A stretch of DNA of 64,000 nt from NCBI GenBank assembly GCA_035649635.1, contig DASRJE010000193.1, forward strand, positions 12,072 through 76,071, read 5' to 3'. The notes beneath the pieces are model-generated. The model had not been told where the DNA came from. It saw only the letters and a list, made by a program, of their open reading frames with translations, and ran no database searches. Origin of the DNA: Vicinamibacterales bacterium (GTDB taxonomy: Bacteria; Acidobacteriota; Vicinamibacteria; Vicinamibacterales; UBA2999). The position numbers and the translations under genes are program-made. How positions within the stretch are numbered: the first letter of the stretch is position 1; every line of letters begins with the position of its first letter. This document shows positions 35,368-43,604 of the stretch, in pieces.

Positions 35368-36084
35368 ATGCTGGCTCGTCTGATCGGCACCGTGCGGACC
35401 ACCGAGGATGTCATCGCTACGATGCGCGCCATTCACGAAACGCTGCCGGACACCGACGGCGTGAAATGGTTCAATTTTCTCTACCTCAACGTGACAGAGG
35501 CCGTGCTGGCTGACACGAGCGTGTGGGAGGACTGGCCGTTCCTTCAGCGTTTCGACGTCACCTTTGCGATCCTCTACTTCGACGCCATCGTGAACTGGGA
35601 ACAGGACCGCGCGAGGACACCGCACGCGTGGCGGCCGCTGCTGAGGGCCCGCTATCAGTCCGGGCGCGCACCAATACAGTTCGCGCTCGCCGGCATGAAT
35701 GCGCACATCAACCACGATCTCGCGATCGCGCTCGACCGCATGGCGGGACTCGACGGCCGTTATCCTTCACGCGATGGCGCCCGCTTCACTGATTTCCGAA
35801 AAGTGAACGACGTCCTCGAGCGCATGGAGGCGCGGCTACGCGAGCAACTGACCACTGGTCTTGCTGGCGAGATCGATCGCTCACTTGGCGACGTCGACAG
35901 CGTCGTGATGATGTGGAACATCCGCCAGGCGCGCGACGCCGCATGGACGAACGGCGAAGTCCTCTGGCAACTTCGTTCCACACCGCACCTGCAGAGAGAC
36001 TACCTTGCGCACCTCGATCAGTTCGCATCGTTCGCCGGCCGCGGTTTGCTGGTGCCACGGCTTGGCGTGAGCGCCGGCACTTAG
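35368..36084 (+). CDS. DUF5995-like protein
   Basis: ORF 35368..36084. FNFLYLNVTEAV...IQFALAGMNAHINHDLAIAL is the pattern I associate with DUF5995. Confidence 0.7.
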   Translation: MLARLIGTVRTTEDVIATMRAIHETLPDTDGVKWFNFLYLNVTEAVLADTSVWEDWPFLQRFDVTFAILYFDAIVNWEQDRARTPHAWRPLLRARYQSGRAPIQFALAGMNAHINHDLAIALDRMAGLDGRYPSRDGARFTDFRKVNDVLERMEARLREQLTTGLAGEIDRSLGDVDSVVMMWNIRQARDAAWTNGEVLWQLRSTPHLQRDYLAHLDQFASFAGRGLLVPRLGVSAGT

Positions 36085-36114
36085 GAGAAACCCGATTTCG
36101 AGTATCGTCTCCCT

Positions 36115-36483
36115 ATGCGATTGAGCAGTGCGATGGTGTACGTGAAGGATCTTCCTCGCATGCGGGCGTTCTATGGCGAGATGCTTGGCGTCAAGCCCAG
36201 CAACGACACCTGGACCGACTCGTGGACCGAATTCGACGCGGGCGGTGTTCGGTTCGCTTTGCACGCAATTCCTCCCGAGATTGCCAGCCAGATCGAGATC
36301 ACCTCGCCGCCTCGCCCGCGCGGACAGAACCCCGTGAAGCTGATTTTCGAAGTCGAAGATGTCGATGCGGAGCGCGTGCGGTTGGAGTCACTGGGGATCA
36401 CGATGGTGCAGCGGCCATGGGGCGCATGGGATGGGATCGACCCGGAAGGTAACGTGTTTGGCATTCGGTCGCCCGAGGTCTGA
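36115..36483 (+). CDS. VOC-family protein
   Basis: ORF 36115..36483. VYVKDLPRMRAFYGEMLG...DPEGNVFGI. Confidence 0.85.
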   Translation: MRLSSAMVYVKDLPRMRAFYGEMLGVKPSNDTWTDSWTEFDAGGVRFALHAIPPEIASQIEITSPPRPRGQNPVKLIFEVEDVDAERVRLESLGITMVQRPWGAWDGIDPEGNVFGIRSPEV

Positions 36484-36508
36484 CGCGGGCGCCCGCCGAA
36501 ACTCACGT

Positions 36509-37780
36509 CTATCGTGAGGCAGCCCGCATGGACGCAGGCCACTTGAGGCGGACGACCCTGGTTGCCTCCTGACCCTCAGGACCCAGCGCCTCATTCGCGA
36601 GATACACACCGGCGGCGGATGGGACGGCGGACGCAACCGACGCGAGCGCATCCCCTTCATAGAGCGCGGAATACAGCGGCGTGCGGCCATCCGGACTGAC
36701 GACCAGCACTCCCGTTTTCTGCGGCAGCGCCATGAGCAGCCGCGCCGGCACTCTCATGAGCAACGGTTTGACCCACGCGTGTTCGTGCACCCAAGTGAGG
36801 AGCCGAGTGCGATTCGAGAACAGCGCGAGCCAGATACGCCCCGCGGAATCTCGATCCATCCCGTCATCCAGCCCGATGATGCCGTCGAGGACGATTTCAT
36901 CCTGCCCCGCTTTCGGCCCTCTCAGATAGAGGCGCGTCAGGCGAAACAGCGAAGTCTGCGTAACCAGCACAGACTCCTCACGCGGTTGCCCGGGATGAAG
37001 GTCGTAGAGCACGCCGTTGATGAAGTGGAATCCTTCTGCGATGAGACGCGTCGTACGCGTCTCCAGGTCGTAGCGCCACAGGCGTCCGTTCGGCGACAGC
37101 GCAAGCGCTTCATCCAGCGCGTCGTCAACCGACGCACCGCTGTAGTCGAAGGGCTCCGAGAAGTAGATGCGCTTCCCGTCCTCCGACACTTCCAGGTTGT
37201 CGCACACGATGAGCGGCCGTTTGGGAGCCGTTATCCCCGGGCCGAGCTCGGGGGCGCCGCTATCGTTGTCCGCGTAAACGATCGAACGTTCGTTCATCAG
37301 ATCGGTCGCAGGCACGTCCACAACGAGCGGGTCAACTTTACGCGTGTCGAGAGAAAGCCGGTACAACCCAACCCGTTCGTTTGGCGCCGCCGCCGAGTAC
37401 GATCGCGATGCGCAGAAGTAAATGTGATTCGGGTCACCCGGTGCATCGTGAATCCCGTAAGCCATCAAGGGCGGATCCACGAGCGGTTCCCCGGAGTGGT
37501 TTCCGAGATTCAGCCGCCATATCTGCCCGTCGGTGGCCGTGACGAGCGCGGTGGTTCCGTCCTGCAGGAACACCGCGTCATCGAAGGCGGGCACCTTCGA
37601 TGGAAATCGCTCGAGGGCTTCCGCAAACTCAGCCGACCGATCGACCGATTGAATCGCCGCCTCGGTCGCTCGATCGATTGCGATCGAGTCGGCGATCTGA
37701 ATCTCGGCTCGCGGCGCCGCCATCACCCACCAGCCAGCGACCAGCAACGCCAGCACGACGACGGTGACGACGCGAGTCAT
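36509..37780 (-). CDS. Membrane-anchored strictosidine-synthase-like / SMP-30-type beta-propeller protein
   Basis: ORF 36509..37891 trimmed to ATG 37780 (ATGA overlap with the upstream gene). It has a TM anchor. The stretch NLEVSEDGKRIYFSE...GRLWRYDL...INGVLYD...GLDDGMDRDSAGRIWLA is propeller-like. Confidence 0.7.
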   Translation of the reverse strand: MTRVVTVVVLALLVAGWWVMAAPRAEIQIADSIAIDRATEAAIQSVDRSAEFAEALERFPSKVPAFDDAVFLQDGTTALVTATDGQIWRLNLGNHSGEPLVDPPLMAYGIHDAPGDPNHIYFCASRSYSAAAPNERVGLYRLSLDTRKVDPLVVDVPATDLMNERSIVYADNDSGAPELGPGITAPKRPLIVCDNLEVSEDGKRIYFSEPFDYSGASVDDALDEALALSPNGRLWRYDLETRTTRLIAEGFHFINGVLYDLHPGQPREESVLVTQTSLFRLTRLYLRGPKAGQDEIVLDGIIGLDDGMDRDSAGRIWLALFSNRTRLLTWVHEHAWVKPLLMRVPARLLMALPQKTGVLVVSPDGRTPLYSALYEGDALASVASAVPSAAGVYLANEALGPEGQEATRVVRLKWPASMRAASR

Positions 37781-38814
37781 CGCACGCCCGCGCCATGACC
37801 CTGCGCGGCTGACTCGGCGGGGCTTGATGACGGGTTCTGCAGCCAGCGAATCGTGTCCATCAACGTTTCGCGCAGCGGCCGCGTCGACCATCCGAGCTCA
37901 GCTCGCGCTTTCGACGTGTCGTACCACGCATAACGCCCGATGATTTGGAGCACATCGCGAGTCAAGGGAGCTGGTTTGCCGCGAATCGAGCTGATCAGCT
38001 CGAGAAGGCCGACCAGTCCACGCAGGATCGGCGTCGGAGGCACAAAGCGGGGGGCTCGAACCCCCGCGATCTCGGCCACCTGTTCGAGCAGTTGGTTGAC
38101 CGAGACGTTGTCGCCACTGAGGAGATATCGCTGCCCGGAACGGCCTCGTTCGGCGGCGAGCACGACACCAGTCGCAAAGTCCCGCACATCGAGGGCTCCG
38201 AACCCGATCGGCAGGGTGAACCGCAGTTTTTTCGTGATCACCGACTGCACCAGTTTGTTCGCTGGTGCGCCCACAGGATCGTCCGGGCCGAATGTAAATG
38301 CCGGGCACACCGTCATGACGGCGAAGTTCGACGAGGCGTACGCCAGAGCATTCAATTCCGCCTGACGCCGCATGTTGGCGTATGGAAGATCGAACGAATG
38401 CTCCTCCCAGTTGGCCGATTCATCGAGCGGTTTCGGATTCCTGTTCACACCAACGGCGAGCGCGCTCCCCGCGACGACGGCGCGCTTGACGCCGCACGCT
38501 GCAGCGGTTTCCAGGAGCTGCCGGGTGCCAGCGATGTTGATCCGTTGCATGTCATCGAGGAGCTGAGCGCCGCCCCCAACGCTCACCTTGAAAGCAAGAT
38601 GTAGCAAGGTGCCGACACCCGAGCAGGCGGAGCGCACTGAGGTGGCATCGTCCACGTACCCGGGACAGCGCTCAACATTCAGTCCCTTGAGCACATCGGG
38701 ACGGCCGTCGCGCAACTCGAGCACGCGGGGACGGACTCCGACCTCGTTCAGCCTCTTGGCGACATGGTACCCAAGGAACCCGGTCGCACCCGTGAGCAGG
38801 ACATTGGTCTCCAT
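37777..38814 (-). CDS. NAD-dependent epimerase/dehydratase (dihydroflavonol-reductase-like extended SDR)
   Basis: ORF 37777..38844 trimmed to ATG 38814 (GGAGG RBS). VLLTGATGFLGYHV is the Rossmann motif. YANMRRQAE is the YxxxK-equivalent region with R in place of K. Confidence 0.85.
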   Translation of the reverse strand: METNVLLTGATGFLGYHVAKRLNEVGVRPRVLELRDGRPDVLKGLNVERCPGYVDDATSVRSACSGVGTLLHLAFKVSVGGGAQLLDDMQRINIAGTRQLLETAAACGVKRAVVAGSALAVGVNRNPKPLDESANWEEHSFDLPYANMRRQAELNALAYASSNFAVMTVCPAFTFGPDDPVGAPANKLVQSVITKKLRFTLPIGFGALDVRDFATGVVLAAERGRSGQRYLLSGDNVSVNQLLEQVAEIAGVRAPRFVPPTPILRGLVGLLELISSIRGKPAPLTRDVLQIIGRYAWYDTSKARAELGWSTRPLRETLMDTIRWLQNPSSSPAESAAQGHGAGVR

Positions 38815-39067
38815 CGTGAGCCTCCGGCCAACAGAATTAGTCAAGAGCTAAACGACCGGCGTCGCGCGCTTGAACACGATATGACGTATGCGTGCATGGA
38901 TCGTTCGAAATGGGGGGTGTCGTCGTTTTTTCTTTGAGCGCGAGAAAGGGCGTCCGCGCGGTCGCCTGCGCGCGCGTCTAATCTCATCCATTGCTCGCGG
39001 ATTTGTTCTTGTTTCGACAAGAACGGCCAGTGAGAATGAGCCACCCCTACTGGCTGAGGTTTTACCC

Positions 39068-40903
39068 ATGCGCCTCTCCATTGATGACCATGTATACCTG
39101 CCGCCGGCTGCCGCTGCGGCGCCGGCCGCGCCCGTCGTCCCGGCCGATCCCACAGCGCCGGACATCACGTTTCTTACGAAGGAGACCGCAGCCGCGCTTC
39201 AGTCCTTCTACGCGACCATCGATCGGATTACGGCTGACAACCCCGTTCCAATCGCCAGGCTCCAGGAGCTCGCCGGGAAGGCCCGCCTCGGTCAGATCAC
39301 TCCGCCGGAATTGCAGGAACTGCAGGGACTGAAGGTCCACGCTGTTCGGCAGGGCAAGGCTGTCGCCGCCGTTATCGGCTTCTTCCTCAAGCTGAAGCCG
39401 TACCCGATGCTCGACGAGGTCAGGAAGAAGGCAAAGCTGTTTCAGGCGGTCTTCGGCCCGGTGTTGGTCGTCGAGGGAAATGCCGTTCGGGATGTGCTCG
39501 AGCGAGACCAGGATTTTACGGTTGATCCCTACGGCGTCGAGATGGTGAAAGCGATGAGCCCGGCGCACAACGGCGGGTTCACGACTTTCATCCTGAGCAC
39601 CGACGACAACGCCGCTTACGAGCCGGACAAGCGCCTGCTTTCGACGGTGTGCAACCGCGAGGACGCAGCGCGGATCACTGAGATTATCCACCGCGATTGC
39701 GTTCGCCGAGTGGGAGCTGCCCTTGCGGCGGCGCGATCCAGCGGATCATCGACGATCGACGTCGTGCAGACGCTCGCGCGCTACGTCCCGGTCACGCTTG
39801 GGCACAAGTATCTCGGCGTCCCGGTAGCTGCGAAGCCCGGCACTTTCGAATTGACTCCGGAAATGCTGACCTATTACGGGTCGCCGATTGACGGGCAAAT
39901 CGAGACCGGGCTGAACAAAGAAGATGGCGTGATCCCCGACGAGAAGCAGATGTACCTGTGGATCAAGGCGGCCTTCCGGCACTTCTTCAACAACGTGCAG
40001 AAAGACCCGCAGGTACAGAAGGACGGATTGCGCTCGTGCCGCCTGCTGCTGGCTTACCTGCTGCGCGAGGTCGCCATCCAGCGCGAGCGTGTGCTGAGCG
40101 GTCAGCCGGTGGACGACACGATGTTGACCAGGCTTGTGCTCTTTCAGCATGGCCGCTCGGCGCCCACCGTCGCGCACCCCGCGAATCTCGACCCACGCCT
40201 GGTCAGCGACCTTCGCATCGCCGAGAACGTCATGGGCACGATCGTCGGCGCCATCGCCGGCCAGGAAGAGGCCACGTGCCGCGTGATCGACTCGCTGATG
40301 CGATTGAAGGAAAGCGAGTATCGAACCACCGGATCCGCGCCGGCGAGATATGGCAGCTTTTCCGAGGTCACCGCGCTCGCCGTCAATGTCTTGAGTGGAA
40401 CTCGCGTCGCTGAAAGCCGGCGCGACCTGTACAAATACTTCCTGGAGGCTCTGCGTCTGCAGCCGCAGGGAGAAGTCCTGCTCAGAAAGTGCGTCAGCGA
40501 CGGAGCACGCATTGCGGAAAGCCGGCCACTTTTGGCCGGCACGCTCGTCTTCGCCGCACACGGGTCGGCGATGAGGGACATCCCCGATCCAGATGCCTTC
40601 ATCCTGGACAGGCCCCGTCAGCACTATCTGCAGTACGGCTGGAGCCGGCACACGTGCCTCGGGCAGCACGTCTCACCCGTCATCATCGTCGAGTCGATGA
40701 TTGCCGTGCTCGGCCTTCAGGATCTTTCGCGGCCTGACCCCGCACCCGGCGAATCGTCGTTCCCGTTCGAACGGCGGTTCGGACGGCTTCAGCTCGACGA
40801 TCAAAACCTTTATGCCACCACGTTCTCTCTCCGATTTGCCGACGCGGGTAGCACCCGTCTGTTCTGGCCGCACGCGGCGGCCGGCAAAGTCGAGGTGATT
40901 TGA
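39068..40903 (+). CDS. Atypical cytochrome P450-like protein with a roughly 130-aa N-terminal extension
   Basis: ORF 38888..40903 trimmed to ATG 39068 (GAGG RBS). Heme-thiolate loop YGWSRHTCLGQH (Cys codon 40655-40657) fits FGxGxHxCxG. I-helix-like IAGQEEAT. PDPDAFILDRP precedes the loop. Confidence 0.7.
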   Translation: MRLSIDDHVYLPPAAAAAPAAPVVPADPTAPDITFLTKETAAALQSFYATIDRITADNPVPIARLQELAGKARLGQITPPELQELQGLKVHAVRQGKAVAAVIGFFLKLKPYPMLDEVRKKAKLFQAVFGPVLVVEGNAVRDVLERDQDFTVDPYGVEMVKAMSPAHNGGFTTFILSTDDNAAYEPDKRLLSTVCNREDAARITEIIHRDCVRRVGAALAAARSSGSSTIDVVQTLARYVPVTLGHKYLGVPVAAKPGTFELTPEMLTYYGSPIDGQIETGLNKEDGVIPDEKQMYLWIKAAFRHFFNNVQKDPQVQKDGLRSCRLLLAYLLREVAIQRERVLSGQPVDDTMLTRLVLFQHGRSAPTVAHPANLDPRLVSDLRIAENVMGTIVGAIAGQEEATCRVIDSLMRLKESEYRTTGSAPARYGSFSEVTALAVNVLSGTRVAESRRDLYKYFLEALRLQPQGEVLLRKCVSDGARIAESRPLLAGTLVFAAHGSAMRDIPDPDAFILDRPRQHYLQYGWSRHTCLGQHVSPVIIVESMIAVLGLQDLSRPDPAPGESSFPFERRFGRLQLDDQNLYATTFSLRFADAGSTRLFWPHAAAGKVEVI

Positions 40904-40904
40904 G

Positions 40905-43391
40905 ATGCCGATCAACAGGATCCGACCAGTCAAGGGCTCTGCCCTGAATATCCCCGCAGAGCCCTTGTCTGGTCGCCGGTGTTTCTTGGCGCGCTTCGCG
41001 CGCCTGCGACCGCTATGCGGGGAGAGCGAGTCCAGAAATTCCACAACGAAGTGCAGAGCGGTCGCCTCCTATGTCTTGTTAACTCTGCTCGTCTGTGGCT
41101 GCGGTCGCGGGGCCGCCAACAACGAGGCCGCGGCGACAACGACGGCTGTGGCAAAGGGGACCGCGGGGCTTGTCGGACCGTTGACGAACGACAACAGCGA
41201 CGACATCGTCTCGTGGGTGGACGGACAGGTCGTGAGCGACTGGGGAGCGGAAATCAAGAAGCGCGACAACGCGATCGACGGGTATTTGAACGATACCGAT
41301 CCGGCACGATCGGAGAAGTATGGCTTTCGCAGCGGGCAGAATCCGCAGTTGGCGTGGAGTTGGTTCCGCGACTACCCGGTCGGATTCAATGGCGTTCCGT
41401 ACGTGCTGTTCAAGACGATCCTGGATCTCGATCCAAATGACCCGGATCCCACGCTCCAGAGGATTGCCCGGATTTGGAAGCACCAGTCGACAATGCCGAT
41501 CGGATCGGGGCCGTCTGCTGCGTGGACGTTCGATCACATCGGCGTAGGACCGAACCCGTCTGACTACGTCGACGGAGTGGCCCGGCCGGTCAGTGAGCGC
41601 CAGGCTGCATTGCCGTTTGGGTTCGCCTACGAGAACCCGCGATCGTTCGAGCCGCTCTCAGAAATCGAGATGAAGCGGTATGACACGCAACTGCGCCTGA
41701 AGAGCGTGTTTCAGATCACGAGCCTGCTGCTCGCCAAGCTCAGAACGGCCGATCAGGAGGAGACCTGGGAAGACGATCGGAAGGGCTTTGGCACTCCGGG
41801 ATCCATGGATCGAGTGTTCTTCTCGTGCGCGGCGTGCCACGTCGGTCGCGTCGTCGTCGGCGGGAAGATGAAATTCCTGCCCGGGATGCCGAACACCGAA
41901 GTCGAAGCGCAGTACTACTCGAAGCTGCTGATGCTGACCGCAGCGGCGCTGGTCGAGTCTGGATTCGATCCCACATCGACGACACCGGTGAACCCTGCCA
42001 ACATCTCCCCCAACAGGAATGCTATCCGCGCGCTCTATGGGGCGATGCTGAAGAAGGCGCTCGACGACCCCGAGACGATGTACGGTTCGTCACCCGGACA
42101 GATCGCCCGGGCGAAGATTCAGACGCTCGCGGTGGCCGACAAATTCCCGGATGTCATGAAGGATGTCATTGCCATCGGGGTAAAGACCCACTTCATCTAC
42201 TATGTCGTCGCCAAGAACAACGGCTACAAGCAGCCGCTTCCCGACGTGCTCGAAGATCGGCCCGGGCAGATGGATGCGTTCGGCATCGCGTCGGGTCTCG
42301 TGGCGATCCACACGCGGCGAACCAAGAATACGTTCCTGGAATTCGTGAAGAGCGATAACCCGAAGAGCCCAATCTTTACCGGGTTCTCGAAGGCCAACGG
42401 ACTGCCCACGGACACTCCAGGGATGACCGATGCGGTCACCGATCCGAAAGTCGCCGGCGACCGCGTCTTCAAGAACATCCCGGCCTGGGCCCCGCCCGTA
42501 CCGGCGCCGATCGACGTCAAGAGCGTCAATTGGGCGGTTGAACGCTATCACGCCAACTGGGATGGCAATCAGGGGGCGTCGTCGCGAACACTCGCCTCGG
42601 GCTCGTCAGCCACTGGCGATCCGCGGATGGTGAACGTTCGCATTCACGAACCGCTCAACCCGTTCATCGACAATCTACCACCACCGCCGTACCCCTTTAC
42701 GAGCGTCGATCTGGTGCGCGCAAAAGAAGGCAAGGCACTGTTCAAATCGACGTGCGCCAATTGCCACATGCCCCGGAATCAAATGATTTATCCGGCGCTG
42801 AAACTCGGCGTCGACGTGAACCGCACGATGGTGAACACGAGCGTGTCTCGCTACGGGCTTGCTGCACTGGTGACCGAGGCCTGCAGCATCTATGGCGAGA
42901 ATAACAAGGGTCAACCAGGTGCGGACTGGTGCGTACCGCAAGGCGACTGGCAGGCGAGGCTCGATGAGTACTTCCGAGACACGCCGCGCCGCTTGGCGGA
43001 AGGCACCAACGGCTACAAGGCGGACGTGCTGCACGGCATCTGGGCCCAGGCGCCCTACCTGCACAATGGCTCGGTTCCAACACTGGGCCAGCTGGTCTGC
43101 CCATCCACCCGCCCGCAGAAGTTCCTGCGCGGCAACTTGAACTACGACGAAGCGCTGGTCGGATTTGAATGGGCGACTCGGCCGTCGATGCGTTACGGTC
43201 CCAACGAGACGCTCCTCGTGAAGGAGTACGACACGACGGTTCCGGGTAAGTCCAACGCCGGTCACACTTTCGGCTCGAGCCTCTGTCCCGACACCAGCGG
43301 TCTCGATCCCGTCAACGATCGCAAGGAAATCGAATCGCGGCTGCTGCAATCGCCAGTCGGTGCGTTGCTCGCATACCTGAAGACTCTGTAA
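40905..43391 (+). CDS. Di-heme c-type cytochrome, CCP/MauG/RoxA-like peroxidase or oxygenase superfamily (probable lipoprotein)
   Basis: ORF 40905..43391. Two CxxCH motifs: CAACH (41826-41840) and CANCH (42753-42767). LHGIWAQAPYLHNGSVPTL matches the CCP/MauG-type PYxHNGS segment. A hydrophobic LLTLLVCGCG lies near residue 60. The start codon is uncertain. Confidence 0.7.
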   Translation: MPINRIRPVKGSALNIPAEPLSGRRCFLARFARLRPLCGESESRNSTTKCRAVASYVLLTLLVCGCGRGAANNEAAATTTAVAKGTAGLVGPLTNDNSDDIVSWVDGQVVSDWGAEIKKRDNAIDGYLNDTDPARSEKYGFRSGQNPQLAWSWFRDYPVGFNGVPYVLFKTILDLDPNDPDPTLQRIARIWKHQSTMPIGSGPSAAWTFDHIGVGPNPSDYVDGVARPVSERQAALPFGFAYENPRSFEPLSEIEMKRYDTQLRLKSVFQITSLLLAKLRTADQEETWEDDRKGFGTPGSMDRVFFSCAACHVGRVVVGGKMKFLPGMPNTEVEAQYYSKLLMLTAAALVESGFDPTSTTPVNPANISPNRNAIRALYGAMLKKALDDPETMYGSSPGQIARAKIQTLAVADKFPDVMKDVIAIGVKTHFIYYVVAKNNGYKQPLPDVLEDRPGQMDAFGIASGLVAIHTRRTKNTFLEFVKSDNPKSPIFTGFSKANGLPTDTPGMTDAVTDPKVAGDRVFKNIPAWAPPVPAPIDVKSVNWAVERYHANWDGNQGASSRTLASGSSATGDPRMVNVRIHEPLNPFIDNLPPPPYPFTSVDLVRAKEGKALFKSTCANCHMPRNQMIYPALKLGVDVNRTMVNTSVSRYGLAALVTEACSIYGENNKGQPGADWCVPQGDWQARLDEYFRDTPRRLAEGTNGYKADVLHGIWAQAPYLHNGSVPTLGQLVCPSTRPQKFLRGNLNYDEALVGFEWATRPSMRYGPNETLLVKEYDTTVPGKSNAGHTFGSSLCPDTSGLDPVNDRKEIESRLLQSPVGALLAYLKTL

Positions 43392-43410
43392 GAAGATAAC
43401 CTCCCAGATT

Positions 43411-43452
43411 CCTCCAACTCCGAACGGCAACAAGCTCTTTCGGAGTTGGAGG
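43411..43452 (+). terminator. 13-bp-stem hairpin CCTCCAACTCCGA...TCGGAGTTGGAGG after the di-heme gene
   Basis: Perfect 13-bp stem (43411-43423 and 43440-43452) with a 16-nt loop, 20 nt after the stop. No clear U-tract. Confidence 0.5.
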
Positions 43453-43604
43453 TGTCGATTCCGGCCGCCTTCATTCGACGCCAGCATAGAGGTAAGTGAG
43501 CAAGCCACCCCAAGAAGTAGCCATTCGTCCCAATTTGCCTGTGGGCGGTGTCGATCTGGCGGGGGTCGTTTCGACTATAAGTAGAGGCGCCAGGCGGAGG
43601 ATTC

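Noticed and set aside
38888-39067. Upstream extension of the P450-like ORF, and similar extensions (3262..4731, 4454.., 9214..10650, 14291..15448, 15464..16015, 23330.., 23749.., 36509..37891, 50264..51619, 51644..52648)
   Set aside because: Internal starts with better RBS spacing coincide with the onset of family-like sequence or a signal peptide. The upstream codons are compositionally non-coding or would overlap neighbours.
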